A stretch of DNA of 64,000 bases from Bacillales bacterium (GTDB taxonomy: Bacteria; Bacillota_I; Bacilli_A; RF39; UBA660), in assembly GCA_016288795.1 (NCBI GenBank), contig JAEELI010000007.1:5142-69141 (forward strand), given 5' to 3'. Below the pieces are notes generated by a model. The model ran no database searches. It was not told the origin of the DNA and saw nothing but the letters and a program-made list of their open reading frames with translations. The translations under genes were made by a program, and so were the position numbers. Position 1 is the stretch's first letter. Each line of letters opens with the position of its first letter. Below are positions 18,934-29,602 of the stretch, piece by piece.

Positions 18934-19725
18934 ATGATAAAAAGAGAGTTTAAAGTTAATTTTAAGAGTTTTCTTATCTGGTTATCTATCTTGATAATAA
19001 TATTTTTAATAGTATATTTATTATATCCATACATAATTACTGATGACACTGTTCGAAATATTGATGAAATGATGAAAATATTTCCAACTGAAGTTTTAAA
19101 AGCATTTAATATGGATATTGCTTCGATCGAAACAGCTTATGGATGGGTTAAAACTGAAGGAGTAATGTTTATTCTATTAATTACTGGTTTTTATTCATCA
19201 ATTCTTGGAGGAAATATTCTTTTAAAAGAAGAGAATGATAAAACAATTGAGTATTTAGATTCATTACCTATTAAAAGAAACAAAATTTTAACTAATAAAA
19301 TTATAGTAGGAATAACCTATATCTTATTATTTACAATAATATTTGGATTATTTAACTATATTTGTTTAAATTTAAGTGGTGATTTTTCTCAAAAGCAATT
19401 TATGTTACTAAGTATAACTCCTATCCTAGTAGGTATTCCATTTTTTGCATTTAATTTATTTATTTCTACATTTATGCATAAAACAAAGAAAACAATTGGT
19501 ATAAGTTTAGGTATGGTATTTATATTTTATATAATAAGTGTAATATCAGAATTATCTACAAATATAGAATTTATTAAGTATTTTAGTTTATATACCTTAG
19601 CTGGAACTAGAGACATAATAGCTAATACTACTATGAATTCTTTAAATATATTTATAAGTATAGGTATATCTATAATATTTATTGCTTTATCTTATATTAG
19701 ATATAACAAAAAAGAATTACTATAA
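18934..19725 (+). CDS. ABC-2 family permease
   Basis: 263 aa with 6 predicted TM helices. Coupled to the upstream ATPase. Confidence 0.7.
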   Translation: MIKREFKVNFKSFLIWLSILIIIFLIVYLLYPYIITDDTVRNIDEMMKIFPTEVLKAFNMDIASIETAYGWVKTEGVMFILLITGFYSSILGGNILLKEENDKTIEYLDSLPIKRNKILTNKIIVGITYILLFTIIFGLFNYICLNLSGDFSQKQFMLLSITPILVGIPFFAFNLFISTFMHKTKKTIGISLGMVFIFYIISVISELSTNIEFIKYFSLYTLAGTRDIIANTTMNSLNIFISIGISIIFIALSYIRYNKKELL

Positions 19726-19749
19726 TAATTCTTTTTTTGTGATATAATA
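19722..19749 (+). terminator. Stem-loop plus T-run terminator
   Basis: AGAATTActataaTAATTCTttttttt. Confidence 0.5.
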
Positions 19750-19777
19750 AATTCAGATTATTAAGGAGAAATATAAT

Positions 19778-20482
19778 ATGATTGAAATTAAAAATGTAAC
19801 TAAAAAATATGGTGAAACAGTTGCGTTGGATAACGTATCATTTAATGTTGAAGATGGTGTAATATTTGCCTTTATTGGTCATAATGGAGCAGGTAAGACA
19901 ACTTTAATTAAATCAATAGTAGGTATTCATGATATAGATTCTGGAGAAATATTAATTGATGGTTTATCAATAAAAGATAATCCCGTTGAATGTAAAAAAA
20001 TTATGGCATTTGTTCCAGACAATCCAGAGTTATATGAACATATGAAAGCTATAGATTTCATTAATTTTATTTGTGATATGTATGATGTTAGTTATGAAAC
20101 TAGAGAAAAAAACATAACTAGGTATGCTAAATTATTTGAGATTGAAAAAAATTTAAATGATCCGATTTCTTCATTTTCACATGGTATGAAACAAAAAATT
20201 GCATTAATTTCGGCATTAGCACATGATCCTAAAGTATTAATTATGGATGAGCCTTTTGTTGGATTAGATCCAAAGGCAGTATTTGATGTTAAAGAAGTTA
20301 TGAATGAAATGATTAAAGAAGGAAAAATAATATTTTTCTCAACTCATATATTAGATGTAGCTGAAAAGTTGTGTTCTAGAGTAGCAATTATTAAAAATGG
20401 AAAGATAATTAAAACTGGAAGTATGAAAGATATTAAAGGGGATAAATCTTTAGAGAAAGTATTCCTTGAATTAGAGGGATAA
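19778..20482 (+). CDS. ABC transporter ATP-binding protein
   Basis: Walker A GHNGAGKTT, signature FSHGMKQK and Walker B LIMDEPFVGLD. RBS AAGGAG. Confidence 0.85.
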   Translation: MIEIKNVTKKYGETVALDNVSFNVEDGVIFAFIGHNGAGKTTLIKSIVGIHDIDSGEILIDGLSIKDNPVECKKIMAFVPDNPELYEHMKAIDFINFICDMYDVSYETREKNITRYAKLFEIEKNLNDPISSFSHGMKQKIALISALAHDPKVLIMDEPFVGLDPKAVFDVKEVMNEMIKEGKIIFFSTHILDVAEKLCSRVAIIKNGKIIKTGSMKDIKGDKSLEKVFLELEG

Positions 20483-20483
20483 T

Positions 20484-22097
20484 ATGAATAAGATATTTTC
20501 TTTAATAAAAGTAAGCCTTAGTCATGATATGACTATACTAAACATTAAAACTAAGAAAAAGAGTTTTTTCTCTAAGATTCTTTTGCCTTTAATAATACTT
20601 TTGTATATAATGTTTGTATTTGGATTTTATGCTGAAAGATTGATTAGAGTTTTAAAACCAGTTCATCTTGAATTTGTTATGTTGACATTATTTGCTTTAG
20701 GAATGTCTATTATAACGTTAATTGAAGGTATCTATAAGAGTAGTTCTTTATTATTTAATTGTAAAGATGATAACTTGTTGTTATCTTTGCCTATAAAAAG
20801 AGGAACTGTTTTATTCATTAGAATTCTAAAGTTTTATATATTTGAACTATTATACAATTCATTATTTTTACTTCCAGCAATAGGCGTATATGCATATTTT
20901 GTTAATCCTGCTTGGACATTCTATCTATCATCAGTACTTGCCTTATTATTTTTACCTATAGTTCCAATAATACTATCATGTGTAATAGGCTTTATAGTTT
21001 CTTATTTTTCATCAAGATTTAAAGGTAAAAATGTGTTTGAAACTATATTTACAGTTCTATTTTTACTTTTAGTTATATTTATTTCATATAGAATGGAAGG
21101 CTTTGTATCTAATTTGGCTCAAAAGGCTATGAGTTTAAATGATATTATTACTAGAGTCTATTATCCAGTCGGAGCATATATAAGTTTAATAACTAGTTTT
21201 AAATGGACAACACTAGTTTTATTTACCTTAATTCATTTAGTAATATTTGCCTTGACTATCTTTATACTTGGTAGAATGTATTTTAGAGTTAACTCAGGAG
21301 CTAAGAGAGTTTTAATAAAACATAATAATAAGAAATATTTAATTAAAAAATCTAGTCAAGGGAAAGCCTTAATAAAAAAAGAAGCAAAAAAATTCTTTTT
21401 AACTCCAGTTTTTATTACCAACGCTGGCTTTGGTTTAGTATTATTTCTTATTGCTTGTGTTGTCGGTTCTTTGCGATTTGATTCATTAATATCTACTATA
21501 CTAAAAGAAAACCCAGAGTTTAATTCTAATATTATTAAAAGTATTATTCCTCTAATAATGTTTGGATTAGTGTCATTTACAGCATTTTTAACGTCTATAA
21601 CTAGTTCAATGATATCTTTAGAGGGAAAATCATTTAATCTATTAAAAACATTCCCGATAAAACCTATTAAAATAATTTATTATAAAATAGTTACAGCCTT
21701 ATTAATTATGGTAATTCCTATTTTACTGGGTGATATATTTATATTTATCAAATTTAAATTTGATATTATAAGTATTGTTTTAATTCTTATTGCATCATTT
21801 CTATTACCTTTAGTATCAGAAATGATTGGAATTATAATTAATTTAAAGTATCCTAAGATGGATGCGACTAATGATACAGAAGTAGTTAAGCAAAGTATGA
21901 GTTCATTAGTTTCTACATTTATTGGATTAGGATTAGTGGCTTTAGTTATTGTTCTTGGAGTTATAATGGCAATTCATAAAGTTTCATATAATTTGATAAT
22001 GCTATTATTTATCATATTCTTTGCTTTGGTAGCAGGTTTATTAGTATTATTATTACATAAGACATGTGATAAAAACTTTAACGATATAATGGTGTGA
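20484..22097 (+). CDS. Polytopic membrane permease (putative ABC exporter permease)
   Basis: 537 aa with >10 TM helices. Immediately follows the ATPase. Confidence 0.55.
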   Translation: MNKIFSLIKVSLSHDMTILNIKTKKKSFFSKILLPLIILLYIMFVFGFYAERLIRVLKPVHLEFVMLTLFALGMSIITLIEGIYKSSSLLFNCKDDNLLLSLPIKRGTVLFIRILKFYIFELLYNSLFLLPAIGVYAYFVNPAWTFYLSSVLALLFLPIVPIILSCVIGFIVSYFSSRFKGKNVFETIFTVLFLLLVIFISYRMEGFVSNLAQKAMSLNDIITRVYYPVGAYISLITSFKWTTLVLFTLIHLVIFALTIFILGRMYFRVNSGAKRVLIKHNNKKYLIKKSSQGKALIKKEAKKFFLTPVFITNAGFGLVLFLIACVVGSLRFDSLISTILKENPEFNSNIIKSIIPLIMFGLVSFTAFLTSITSSMISLEGKSFNLLKTFPIKPIKIIYYKIVTALLIMVIPILLGDIFIFIKFKFDIISIVLILIASFLLPLVSEMIGIIINLKYPKMDATNDTEVVKQSMSSLVSTFIGLGLVALVIVLGVIMAIHKVSYNLIMLLFIIFFALVAGLLVLLLHKTCDKNFNDIMV

Positions 22098-22100
22098 GGT

Positions 22101-23000
22101 GTGTCTATGAATAAAAAAACAACTGATAAAAGTCAAACGGAAAAGGAAATAACAAACAAAAAATTAACATGGCCAAAACTAATTGTTTTGGCGGTTATTG
22201 CCGGAGTTTGGACCGCTTTAATGACAATTATTCCCGCATTAAAATATACCTCTTTTCATACTATAGCGGTATCTCTAGAAGTATGGATATTATTTGGAAT
22301 ACTGATTATAATGAATAGTTCATCTAATAAAGATGCTGCCTTAAAATGCTTTGTCTTTTTCTTGATAAGCCAACCTTTAATTTATTTATTGCAAGTTCCA
22401 TTTAGTTGGCAAGGTTGGGGATTATTTAGATACTATGATTTTTGGTTTAAGTGGACTATTTTTACACTTCCAATGGGGTATATTGGTTACTATATAAAAA
22501 AAGATAAGTGGTGGGGATATTTAATATTACTCCCAATGATATTATTAGTAGCATATAGCTACAATACATATTTAAACTATTTCTTATTTTCATATCCCAA
22601 ATATCTATTAATATGTTTATTCTGTATCTTTACTATGATTTTTTATCCATTATGGATATTTAAAAATAAAAAGATTAGATATGTTGGAGTATCTATAAGT
22701 GTCATTATAATATTAGTAATTACGATATTAATAATTCTTAATCCTTATACCTATTCGACAAGTATTTTATCTGTAGGTGAAGAAGAGGGTATGGATAATA
22801 CTTACAAGATCTACTTTAAAGATAAGAAGTATGGAGATTTAAAAATTGTCTATGATAATGGGCTAGAAGGTTATCTAGTTAAAGCAGATTTAAAGAAAGA
22901 AGGCAAGGCGGAATTTGTTTTAGAGTCTCCTAGTGGTGAAAAACATGAATACATTATTAATATTAAATTGGACACTTATAAGATAAAAAAGGTCAAATAA
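22101..23000 (+). CDS. Membrane protein with C-terminal extracytoplasmic domain
   Basis: 299 aa with multiple TMs and a ~90-aa soluble C-terminal domain. Coupled to the upstream permease. Confidence 0.5.
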   Translation: MSMNKKTTDKSQTEKEITNKKLTWPKLIVLAVIAGVWTALMTIIPALKYTSFHTIAVSLEVWILFGILIIMNSSSNKDAALKCFVFFLISQPLIYLLQVPFSWQGWGLFRYYDFWFKWTIFTLPMGYIGYYIKKDKWWGYLILLPMILLVAYSYNTYLNYFLFSYPKYLLICLFCIFTMIFYPLWIFKNKKIRYVGVSISVIIILVITILIILNPYTYSTSILSVGEEEGMDNTYKIYFKDKKYGDLKIVYDNGLEGYLVKADLKKEGKAEFVLESPSGEKHEYIINIKLDTYKIKKVK

Positions 23001-23020
23001 ATAGTCTAGTAGTTACTTTA

Positions 23021-23047
23021 GGAACCATTTATGGTTCCTTTTGTTTC
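23021..23047 (+). terminator. Rho-independent terminator
   Basis: GGAACCATttATGGTTCCttttgtttc. Confidence 0.65.
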
Positions 23048-23077
23048 AATATATGATATACTATTGTAGTAAGATAG

Positions 23078-23344
23078 GTGTTGAACATGAGTGGAGATGA
23101 AAATAGAGTTATTGATAACAATAAAAAAATACATGATATCAATTTAGTTAATGAAGAAATCGCTCAAGATATAAATCCAGCTTTATATAAAGTTGATATT
23201 GCTGAATCTATCATGAATAATGATTGTGCCTCTCATAAAACCCTATTAAAGATGGTAATTGGAATAATTTTAGTTATTACTTTGACTACTATAATTACTA
23301 TTTTAATACTAAATAGAATAATTTTATCAATAAGAAGTGTTTAA
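23078..23344 (+). CDS. Hypothetical small C-tail-anchored membrane protein
   Basis: 88 aa with a C-terminal TM helix. Weak support. Confidence 0.3.
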   Translation: MLNMSGDENRVIDNNKKIHDINLVNEEIAQDINPALYKVDIAESIMNNDCASHKTLLKMVIGIILVITLTTIITILILNRIILSIRSV

Positions 23345-23440
23345 ATTAAGCTAATACCCATTAGCTTTTATTTTGGCCTTAAATCTTGACTTTTTACGTC
23401 CCTTAGACTATAATAATCTCTCGTCGAAGGGGGTATTTAA

Positions 23441-24250
23441 ATGTTAAGTTTAAAAAATATACCATTAGAATATGTTCAACCTAGTAGTTGGACTCCAGAA
23501 TGCCTAAAATATTTATGGGATGCTGGAATAAATAATATAGAAGACATGTTAATTTTTATGGAACAAAATCCAGATATAAATTGGAGTCAATTAATGCCAT
23601 ATATTGAAACAGTCTTAAAAGAAATTGAACGTAATAATAAATTGGGCAAGAATAGTTATACTTATAATTATAAAGAATATTCAGATGATTCTCTTTATTA
23701 TACTGATGCTTTAAATATGGGTAATGTTTTATTATTAAATAGTCCGACAACTAAAATGGCTACAAGATTTTGTAATGTTGAATCAAAAAGAATAATAAAT
23801 ATTAAGAGAGGATTAGAAACTACTACATTAGACGGTTCAAATTATTTTTTAGCAAAAACCAAAAAAATAGGACCATATCAATTAGATAAAACTATTGGTG
23901 CCCTTGATATGTATACAGACCAAGTTGAAAGGCAAGCAGAACAAACAGATAGAAGAGATATTAATTTATTTACTTTTCAAGAATATGAAAAAAAGGCTTT
24001 AGTTAAGAAAAAATATGTTGATATAATAGCATATTTAATATTTGATAACAAGGAACTTGTATGGGGAACATTAACTCCTGAACAAAAGAAAAAATATCTT
24101 GGATCAATTATTGGAAAAAGTAATGAAGATGCTAGAATTAAAGAAATAATTACAAAATATATTGCTTATTATTCAACTTTACCAGAACTAGAGAATATAT
24201 CAAATGGTCACTATAAATCATTAGATAGATTTATTATTAAAAAGCAATAA
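23441..24250 (+). CDS. Hypothetical protein
   Basis: 269-aa ORF with RBS GAAGGGGG. Confidence 0.5.
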   Translation: MLSLKNIPLEYVQPSSWTPECLKYLWDAGINNIEDMLIFMEQNPDINWSQLMPYIETVLKEIERNNKLGKNSYTYNYKEYSDDSLYYTDALNMGNVLLLNSPTTKMATRFCNVESKRIINIKRGLETTTLDGSNYFLAKTKKIGPYQLDKTIGALDMYTDQVERQAEQTDRRDINLFTFQEYEKKALVKKKYVDIIAYLIFDNKELVWGTLTPEQKKKYLGSIIGKSNEDARIKEIITKYIAYYSTLPELENISNGHYKSLDRFIIKKQ

Positions 24251-24306
24251 AAAGAAAGAGTTACAATTTAATGTAGCTCTTTTTATATTAAAATGGATTA
24301 AACTAT

Positions 24307-24498
24307 TTAATTATTTAAACCTCGGTTATTATTTGACCACCAACCAGCTCCGATGATAATTACTAGCAATATAAATAAAACAATCCATATTGCGGCTCCT
24401 ATACCATATCCACTAGTCCAGCCAGCATAATTACTACCATAACAAGGAGTGGTTGCATAACCTCCGCCATAATAACCATTATTTCCATAATAATACAT
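24307..24498 (-). CDS. YjcZ-like Gly/Tyr-rich small membrane protein (sporulation-associated family)
   Basis: MYYYGNNGYYGGGYA... followed by a hydrophobic helix. RBS GGAGGTATTAAT is upstream on the minus strand. Confidence 0.5.
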   Translation of the reverse strand: MYYYGNNGYYGGGYATTPCYGSNYAGWTSGYGIGAAIWIVLFILLVIIIGAGWWSNNNRGLNN

Positions 24499-24620
24499 AT
24501 TAATACCTCCTTTATGTATCTATTATATTCTATTAATCTTAGTCACATTTTGACATTATTATTTTTATATTTTATTTATTAGTATACTTTTTTATGATAT
24601 TATTAGATTAGGAGAATATC

Positions 24621-25781
24621 ATGAAAAAAACGTTTGCTAAGTTAGATAAAATTTTACTAATAGTGATGATTTTATTATGTGTTATTAGTTTAATCATGGT
24701 TTTTTCATCATCTTCTATTTCGGCAATATTAAGATATAATAAATCTTCTACATATTTTTTTATAAAGCAACTTATATTCTTTGTTGTTGCTTTAATTGGA
24801 GGAATTGTAGTCTTAAAAATTCCCACTAAATGGTATAAAAGTATATCCTGGTTGCTTATTCTTGGAATTACTGGAGTTTTAATAATATTACTTTTAAAGG
24901 GAAAAATAACTAATAATGCGCAGAGCTGGTTTTACTTTCTAGGGTTTGCTATTCAACCATCTGAATTTGCAAAATCTATTACAATAATTTTCATGGCTAC
25001 ATATTATAGTGTTTTGGTTCGTAAAAAAACTGATAATGTTTTATTATATTTGATTCCTTTATCTGTAGTTGGTATTGTTGGTTTATTAATTTTAATGCAA
25101 CCAGACTTTGGCAGTGCAGCAATTCTACTTGCTATTGCATTCTGTATATTTATTAGTGTTCCTATAGAGAAGAGTAAGCTGCCAAAGATAGTGATGATTG
25201 TAGGAATTGGTTTAGTTTTACTACTTGGAGTCCTTTTATATAGTGGAACGGAAATATTAAATAGTGAACAAATGAATAGATTTACTTTTAAAAATCCATG
25301 TCAAAGATATAAAGAAAGCACTGGATATCAGGTTTGTAACGGATTTATTGCAATAAATAATGGTGGCTTAACTGGTGTGGGAATTGGAAAAAGCACCCAA
25401 AAATACATGTATTTACCAGAAAGTCATACTGACTTCATATTTGCAATATTAATAGAAGAATTAGGCTTATTAATGGGATTATTTGTTTTAGCTCTATATG
25501 CAATTTTATTATATAGAATTCTAAAAATAGCAAAAGGAGCATATAATCTGAGAAATTCAATTTTAGCTTATGGAACATTTTGGTTCTTTGCATTTCATAT
25601 AATTATCAATCTATGTGGAATGCTTGCCATATTACCTTTAACTGGTGTTCCGCTTCCACTCATGAGTTATGGTGGTTCATCTACAATTAATTTTATTATT
25701 ATGATATTTGTTTGTGAAAGAGTTGCTATCGAGAATAAAGATGCTAAGTATCAGTCAGAATTAAAAAAATTAACTAATTAG
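24621..25781 (+). CDS. FtsW/RodA/SpoVE family peptidoglycan glycosyltransferase
   Basis: 10-TM SEDS-family architecture with conserved PESHTDFIFA and LPLTGVPLPLMSYGGSS motifs. Confidence 0.85.
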   Translation: MKKTFAKLDKILLIVMILLCVISLIMVFSSSSISAILRYNKSSTYFFIKQLIFFVVALIGGIVVLKIPTKWYKSISWLLILGITGVLIILLLKGKITNNAQSWFYFLGFAIQPSEFAKSITIIFMATYYSVLVRKKTDNVLLYLIPLSVVGIVGLLILMQPDFGSAAILLAIAFCIFISVPIEKSKLPKIVMIVGIGLVLLLGVLLYSGTEILNSEQMNRFTFKNPCQRYKESTGYQVCNGFIAINNGGLTGVGIGKSTQKYMYLPESHTDFIFAILIEELGLLMGLFVLALYAILLYRILKIAKGAYNLRNSILAYGTFWFFAFHIIINLCGMLAILPLTGVPLPLMSYGGSSTINFIIMIFVCERVAIENKDAKYQSELKKLTN

Positions 25782-25849
25782 ATAAATTAATATTAAAAAA
25801 AAGGAAATCCAACTTTTCTTTCGAATAATAATAGTGAAAGGAGGAAAAG

Positions 25850-26638
25850 ATGGATTTTTTTAATTACTTAAAAGATAATAAATTGTTTGTATTAATAATT
25901 AGTTTAGTTATTAATGTTATTCTTGTTGTGTTGTCATCTATATTTGTATATAAATGTTATAGTTTTGAGTGCGATAATGACACAAATGAAAGACTTACCT
26001 TTGCTAGTAATGAAGATGATAAAACACAAAAAATCTATGTTGAAGTAAAAGGAGCAGTCAAAAAAGCTGGAGTATTTGAAGTAGATGATAATGCCATTAT
26101 TAATGATTTGATAAAATTATCGGGAGGATTTAAAAGTAATGCTTGGACTAATAACATTAATCTTAGTAAAAAAGTAGCAAATGAAATGGTTATATATGTA
26201 TTTACGCAGAGTGAATATAAGAATATAAATAAAAATAAAACAACATTTGGAAATAAAAGTGCTTCTAGTGCCTCTATAACGCCTTCTCAGGACGTTTGTG
26301 AGTGTCCGACATATAATATAGCCAATTGTGTAGAAAATGGCATCAGCGAGATTATTACGGGTGAAAAAGAGACAGTGTTTACTAAACCTAGCGAAGAAAG
26401 GAATGAAATAAAAGAAAATACATCTACTAATACTGAGAATAATAATAATTTAATAAATATTAATACTGCTAGTAAAGAAGAACTTATGACTCTACCTGGA
26501 ATAGGAAGTAGTAAAGCTGAAGATATTATTAATTATAGAAACACTAATGGATACTTTACTAAAATTCAAGATATTACGAATGTAAGTGGAATTGGTTCAG
26601 CATTGTATGAAAAGATTAAAGATCTTATTACAGTCTAA
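25850..26638 (+). CDS. comEA: Competence protein ComEA (DNA receptor)
   Basis: N-terminal TM, SLBB-like domain and C-terminal tandem helix-hairpin-helix (INTASKEELMTLPGIGSSKAEDII...VSGIGSALYEKI). Confidence 0.8.
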   Translation: MDFFNYLKDNKLFVLIISLVINVILVVLSSIFVYKCYSFECDNDTNERLTFASNEDDKTQKIYVEVKGAVKKAGVFEVDDNAIINDLIKLSGGFKSNAWTNNINLSKKVANEMVIYVFTQSEYKNINKNKTTFGNKSASSASITPSQDVCECPTYNIANCVENGISEIITGEKETVFTKPSEERNEIKENTSTNTENNNNLININTASKEELMTLPGIGSSKAEDIINYRNTNGYFTKIQDITNVSGIGSALYEKIKDLITV

Positions 26639-28646
26639 TTTTCTATATCTATTTTTATGTATTGTAATAATAATATATGTCCTAGTTAGAACAAATCTTA
26701 TTCACTATAAATCAAGACTTGGTGATGTTTCTAAATTAGATGGAATTATTGTTAGTATTAAAAAAAGCGAAGATATGATATCTTTTATCCTAAAGACAAA
26801 GGAAGAGAAGGTAAGATGTTCATATTACTTTGAAAATAATAATGTTGATTATTCTGATTACTTAGGAAAAACAGTTCATTTACAAGTCAATGAAAAAGAA
26901 ATAAGTAACTCGACGATTCCTAATACTTTTAATTATAGAAAATACTTGGCTAATAATGGAATATATAAAAATTATGTAGTAACTTCTATTGAAGTTATTA
27001 AAGGAGAAAACTTCTTGTGGTCAATAAAAAACACTTTATTAAAAAGAATATCATCATATCCAATTAAAGTTTCTAGCTATCTATCTTTATTTATTATCGG
27101 AGATAAAACTCTTTTAGATGATCAGACAGAAAAAACATATCAAAGCAATGGTATATGGCACTTATTTGCAATTTCAGGAATGCATATAAGTTTAATATTA
27201 TTTGTATTAAACAAACTATTATCTAAGATTAAATTAAAGAACATAATTATTAGTTCCTTTCTAATATTATTTATGTTTTTTACTGGTTTTTCCCCTTCAG
27301 TTATGAGAGTTGGTTTATTCTACATATTTAGTTTAATAATCAAAAGATTAAATATTGTCCTTAGTCCAATAAAAACATTGTTTCTAGTTGCCTTTTTTCT
27401 GTTATTATCTAATCCATTTTTTATATTCAATACTGGATTTCAATATTCATTTGTTATTTCTTTTGCTTTATTTATCGAAAAAGAAAACGTTAATGGTTCA
27501 TATATAAAAAAATTGCTAATAATTAGTATTATTGCATGGATAGCAAGTTTGCCAATTACTATTAATATAAATTATGAAATCAATTTAGTTGCACCATTTT
27601 TAAATATTATCTTTGTTCCATTAGTTTCCTTAATAATTTTTCCAATGAGTATAATTACATTTCTATTTAAACCATTTTCTGTTATATTTAATTTATTTAT
27701 ATTTATTTTAGAGAAACTTAATACAATAACTAATTCCTTTAAAGTCGTATTTATACCTGGAAAAATGTTTATTGTAATAATAATTTTATATTATGTGTTT
27801 TTGTTTGCTTTTACTATACTTAGAAAGAAATCATTATTATTGATAAACATAGTATTAGTTTTAATTAATTTAATGGTTTTAAAGATAAATAATTCATATA
27901 GAATATTTTACTTAGATGTTGGTCAAGGAGATTCGATTACAATAATTACTCCGAGTAATAATGTGAATACGATTGATACTGGAGGAGCATATAATTCTAA
28001 ATATCATGTATCTGATAATATTTTACATTTTTATAAAAGCTTTGGGATATCAAAAATAGATAATCTTATTCTAAGTCATGGAGATTATGACCATATGGGA
28101 GAAACTATAAACTTAGTTAATAACTTTAAAGTAGAGAAAGTTATCTTTAATTGTGGAGAATATAATGATTTAGAAAAAGAGTTAATTAAAGTATTGGATA
28201 AGAAAAAAATAAATCATTATTCATGTATTAAAGAGTTAAATATAGATAAGAATAAATTATATTTCTTACAGACTAAAGTTTATGATAACGAGAATGATAA
28301 TTCAAACGTAATTTATACAGAACTTAATAGCTATAAATTTATGTTTATGGGAGATGCAAGTGTAACTACTGAAAAAGAAATATTAGATAAATATAATCTA
28401 TCAGATATTGATGTATTAAAAGTAGGACATCACGGAAGTAGAACAAGTAGTAGTAAAAAGTTTATAAATGAGATAAGTCCAAAATATAGTGTTATATCTG
28501 TTGGAAAGAATAATCGTTATGGTCATCCAAATAAAGAAGTATTAAATAATTTAAAAGAATCTAAAATATATAGAACGGATGAGGATGGAAGTATTATGTT
28601 TAAAATTAAAAATAATAAGTTAAAAATTGAAACATGTAGTCCATAG
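26586..28646 (+). CDS. comEC: DNA internalization competence protein ComEC/Rec2
   Basis: Polytopic membrane core plus a C-terminal metallo-beta-lactamase domain (HGDYDHMG...VGHHGS). The start is uncertain (GTG 26586 or ATG 26607); it overlaps the comEA 3' end. Confidence 0.8.
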   Translation: MELVQHCMKRLKILLQSNFLYLFLCIVIIIYVLVRTNLIHYKSRLGDVSKLDGIIVSIKKSEDMISFILKTKEEKVRCSYYFENNNVDYSDYLGKTVHLQVNEKEISNSTIPNTFNYRKYLANNGIYKNYVVTSIEVIKGENFLWSIKNTLLKRISSYPIKVSSYLSLFIIGDKTLLDDQTEKTYQSNGIWHLFAISGMHISLILFVLNKLLSKIKLKNIIISSFLILFMFFTGFSPSVMRVGLFYIFSLIIKRLNIVLSPIKTLFLVAFFLLLSNPFFIFNTGFQYSFVISFALFIEKENVNGSYIKKLLIISIIAWIASLPITININYEINLVAPFLNIIFVPLVSLIIFPMSIITFLFKPFSVIFNLFIFILEKLNTITNSFKVVFIPGKMFIVIIILYYVFLFAFTILRKKSLLLINIVLVLINLMVLKINNSYRIFYLDVGQGDSITIITPSNNVNTIDTGGAYNSKYHVSDNILHFYKSFGISKIDNLILSHGDYDHMGETINLVNNFKVEKVIFNCGEYNDLEKELIKVLDKKKINHYSCIKELNIDKNKLYFLQTKVYDNENDNSNVIYTELNSYKFMFMGDASVTTEKEILDKYNLSDIDVLKVGHHGSRTSSSKKFINEISPKYSVISVGKNNRYGHPNKEVLNNLKESKIYRTDEDGSIMFKIKNNKLKIETCSP

Positions 28647-28658
28647 AAAGGAGTAGAT

Positions 28659-29549
28659 ATGAATTATTATAATGAGATAAAAGAAAAACTAATAAAAAGT
28701 GAAATATATGATAGAGCAAAAGATTATTCGAAAGATAGACATAAGGCTAGTGTTTATTTTGAAACTGGTAAATTGTTAAGCAAAGCAGGTAAAGAATATG
28801 GTAAGAATATAATTAAACAGTATTCAGAAAAACTAATGATTGAAGTTGGTAAAAAGTATAATGAAAGAAATTTAAGATATATGAGGCAGTTTTATGAAAT
28901 GATATGCGAGACAAAATGGAACGCAATGCGTTCCAAATTATGTTGGACACATTATCGTGAAGTTTTATCACTTAAAAATATAAATGCTATAATATATTAT
29001 TTAAGTGAATGTGAAAATAAAAATCTAACTCAAAGACAATTACACGAATTAATAAAGCACAATAGTTATAATAGATTAAGTAATGAAACAAAAACTAAAT
29101 TAATTGAATCAAAAGAGTTGAAAGTAAATGATTTAATTCCAAATCCTATAATAATTAAATCAGGCTTATTAAAAGAGGAAATATCTGAATACGCATTAAA
29201 ACAAGCTATATTAAATAATATTGATGATTTTTTAAGACAGTTAGGTATTGGTTTTACTTATGTTGGCAATGAATATAAAATAAAAATTGATAATAGATAT
29301 AACTATATAGATTTACTTTTATATAATATTAAGTATAAGTGTTATGTAGTAGTAGAATTAAAGATAACTGAACTTAAGAAAGAACATACAGGTCAAATTA
29401 TGACTTATATGAATTATATTGATAAAAATATAAAAACTATTGAAGAAAATGATACAGTTGGCATTATAATTTGTAAGCAAGATAATGAGTATGTAATTAA
29501 ATATTGTTCTGATGATAGGATAATTGCTAGAGAATATGAATTAGTATGA
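28659..29549 (+). CDS. DUF1016/YhcG-like PD-(D/E)xK nuclease family protein
   Basis: The N-terminal region resembles the YhcG family. A C-terminal D...E.K-like core (IDLLLYNIKYKCYVVVELK) is present. Confidence 0.5.
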   Translation: MNYYNEIKEKLIKSEIYDRAKDYSKDRHKASVYFETGKLLSKAGKEYGKNIIKQYSEKLMIEVGKKYNERNLRYMRQFYEMICETKWNAMRSKLCWTHYREVLSLKNINAIIYYLSECENKNLTQRQLHELIKHNSYNRLSNETKTKLIESKELKVNDLIPNPIIIKSGLLKEEISEYALKQAILNNIDDFLRQLGIGFTYVGNEYKIKIDNRYNYIDLLLYNIKYKCYVVVELKITELKKEHTGQIMTYMNYIDKNIKTIEENDTVGIIICKQDNEYVIKYCSDDRIIAREYELV

Positions 29550-29602
29550 TATAATATTTAAAAAAATAAAAATTTGTATTATAATATTAATGGAGGTAAA
29601 AT

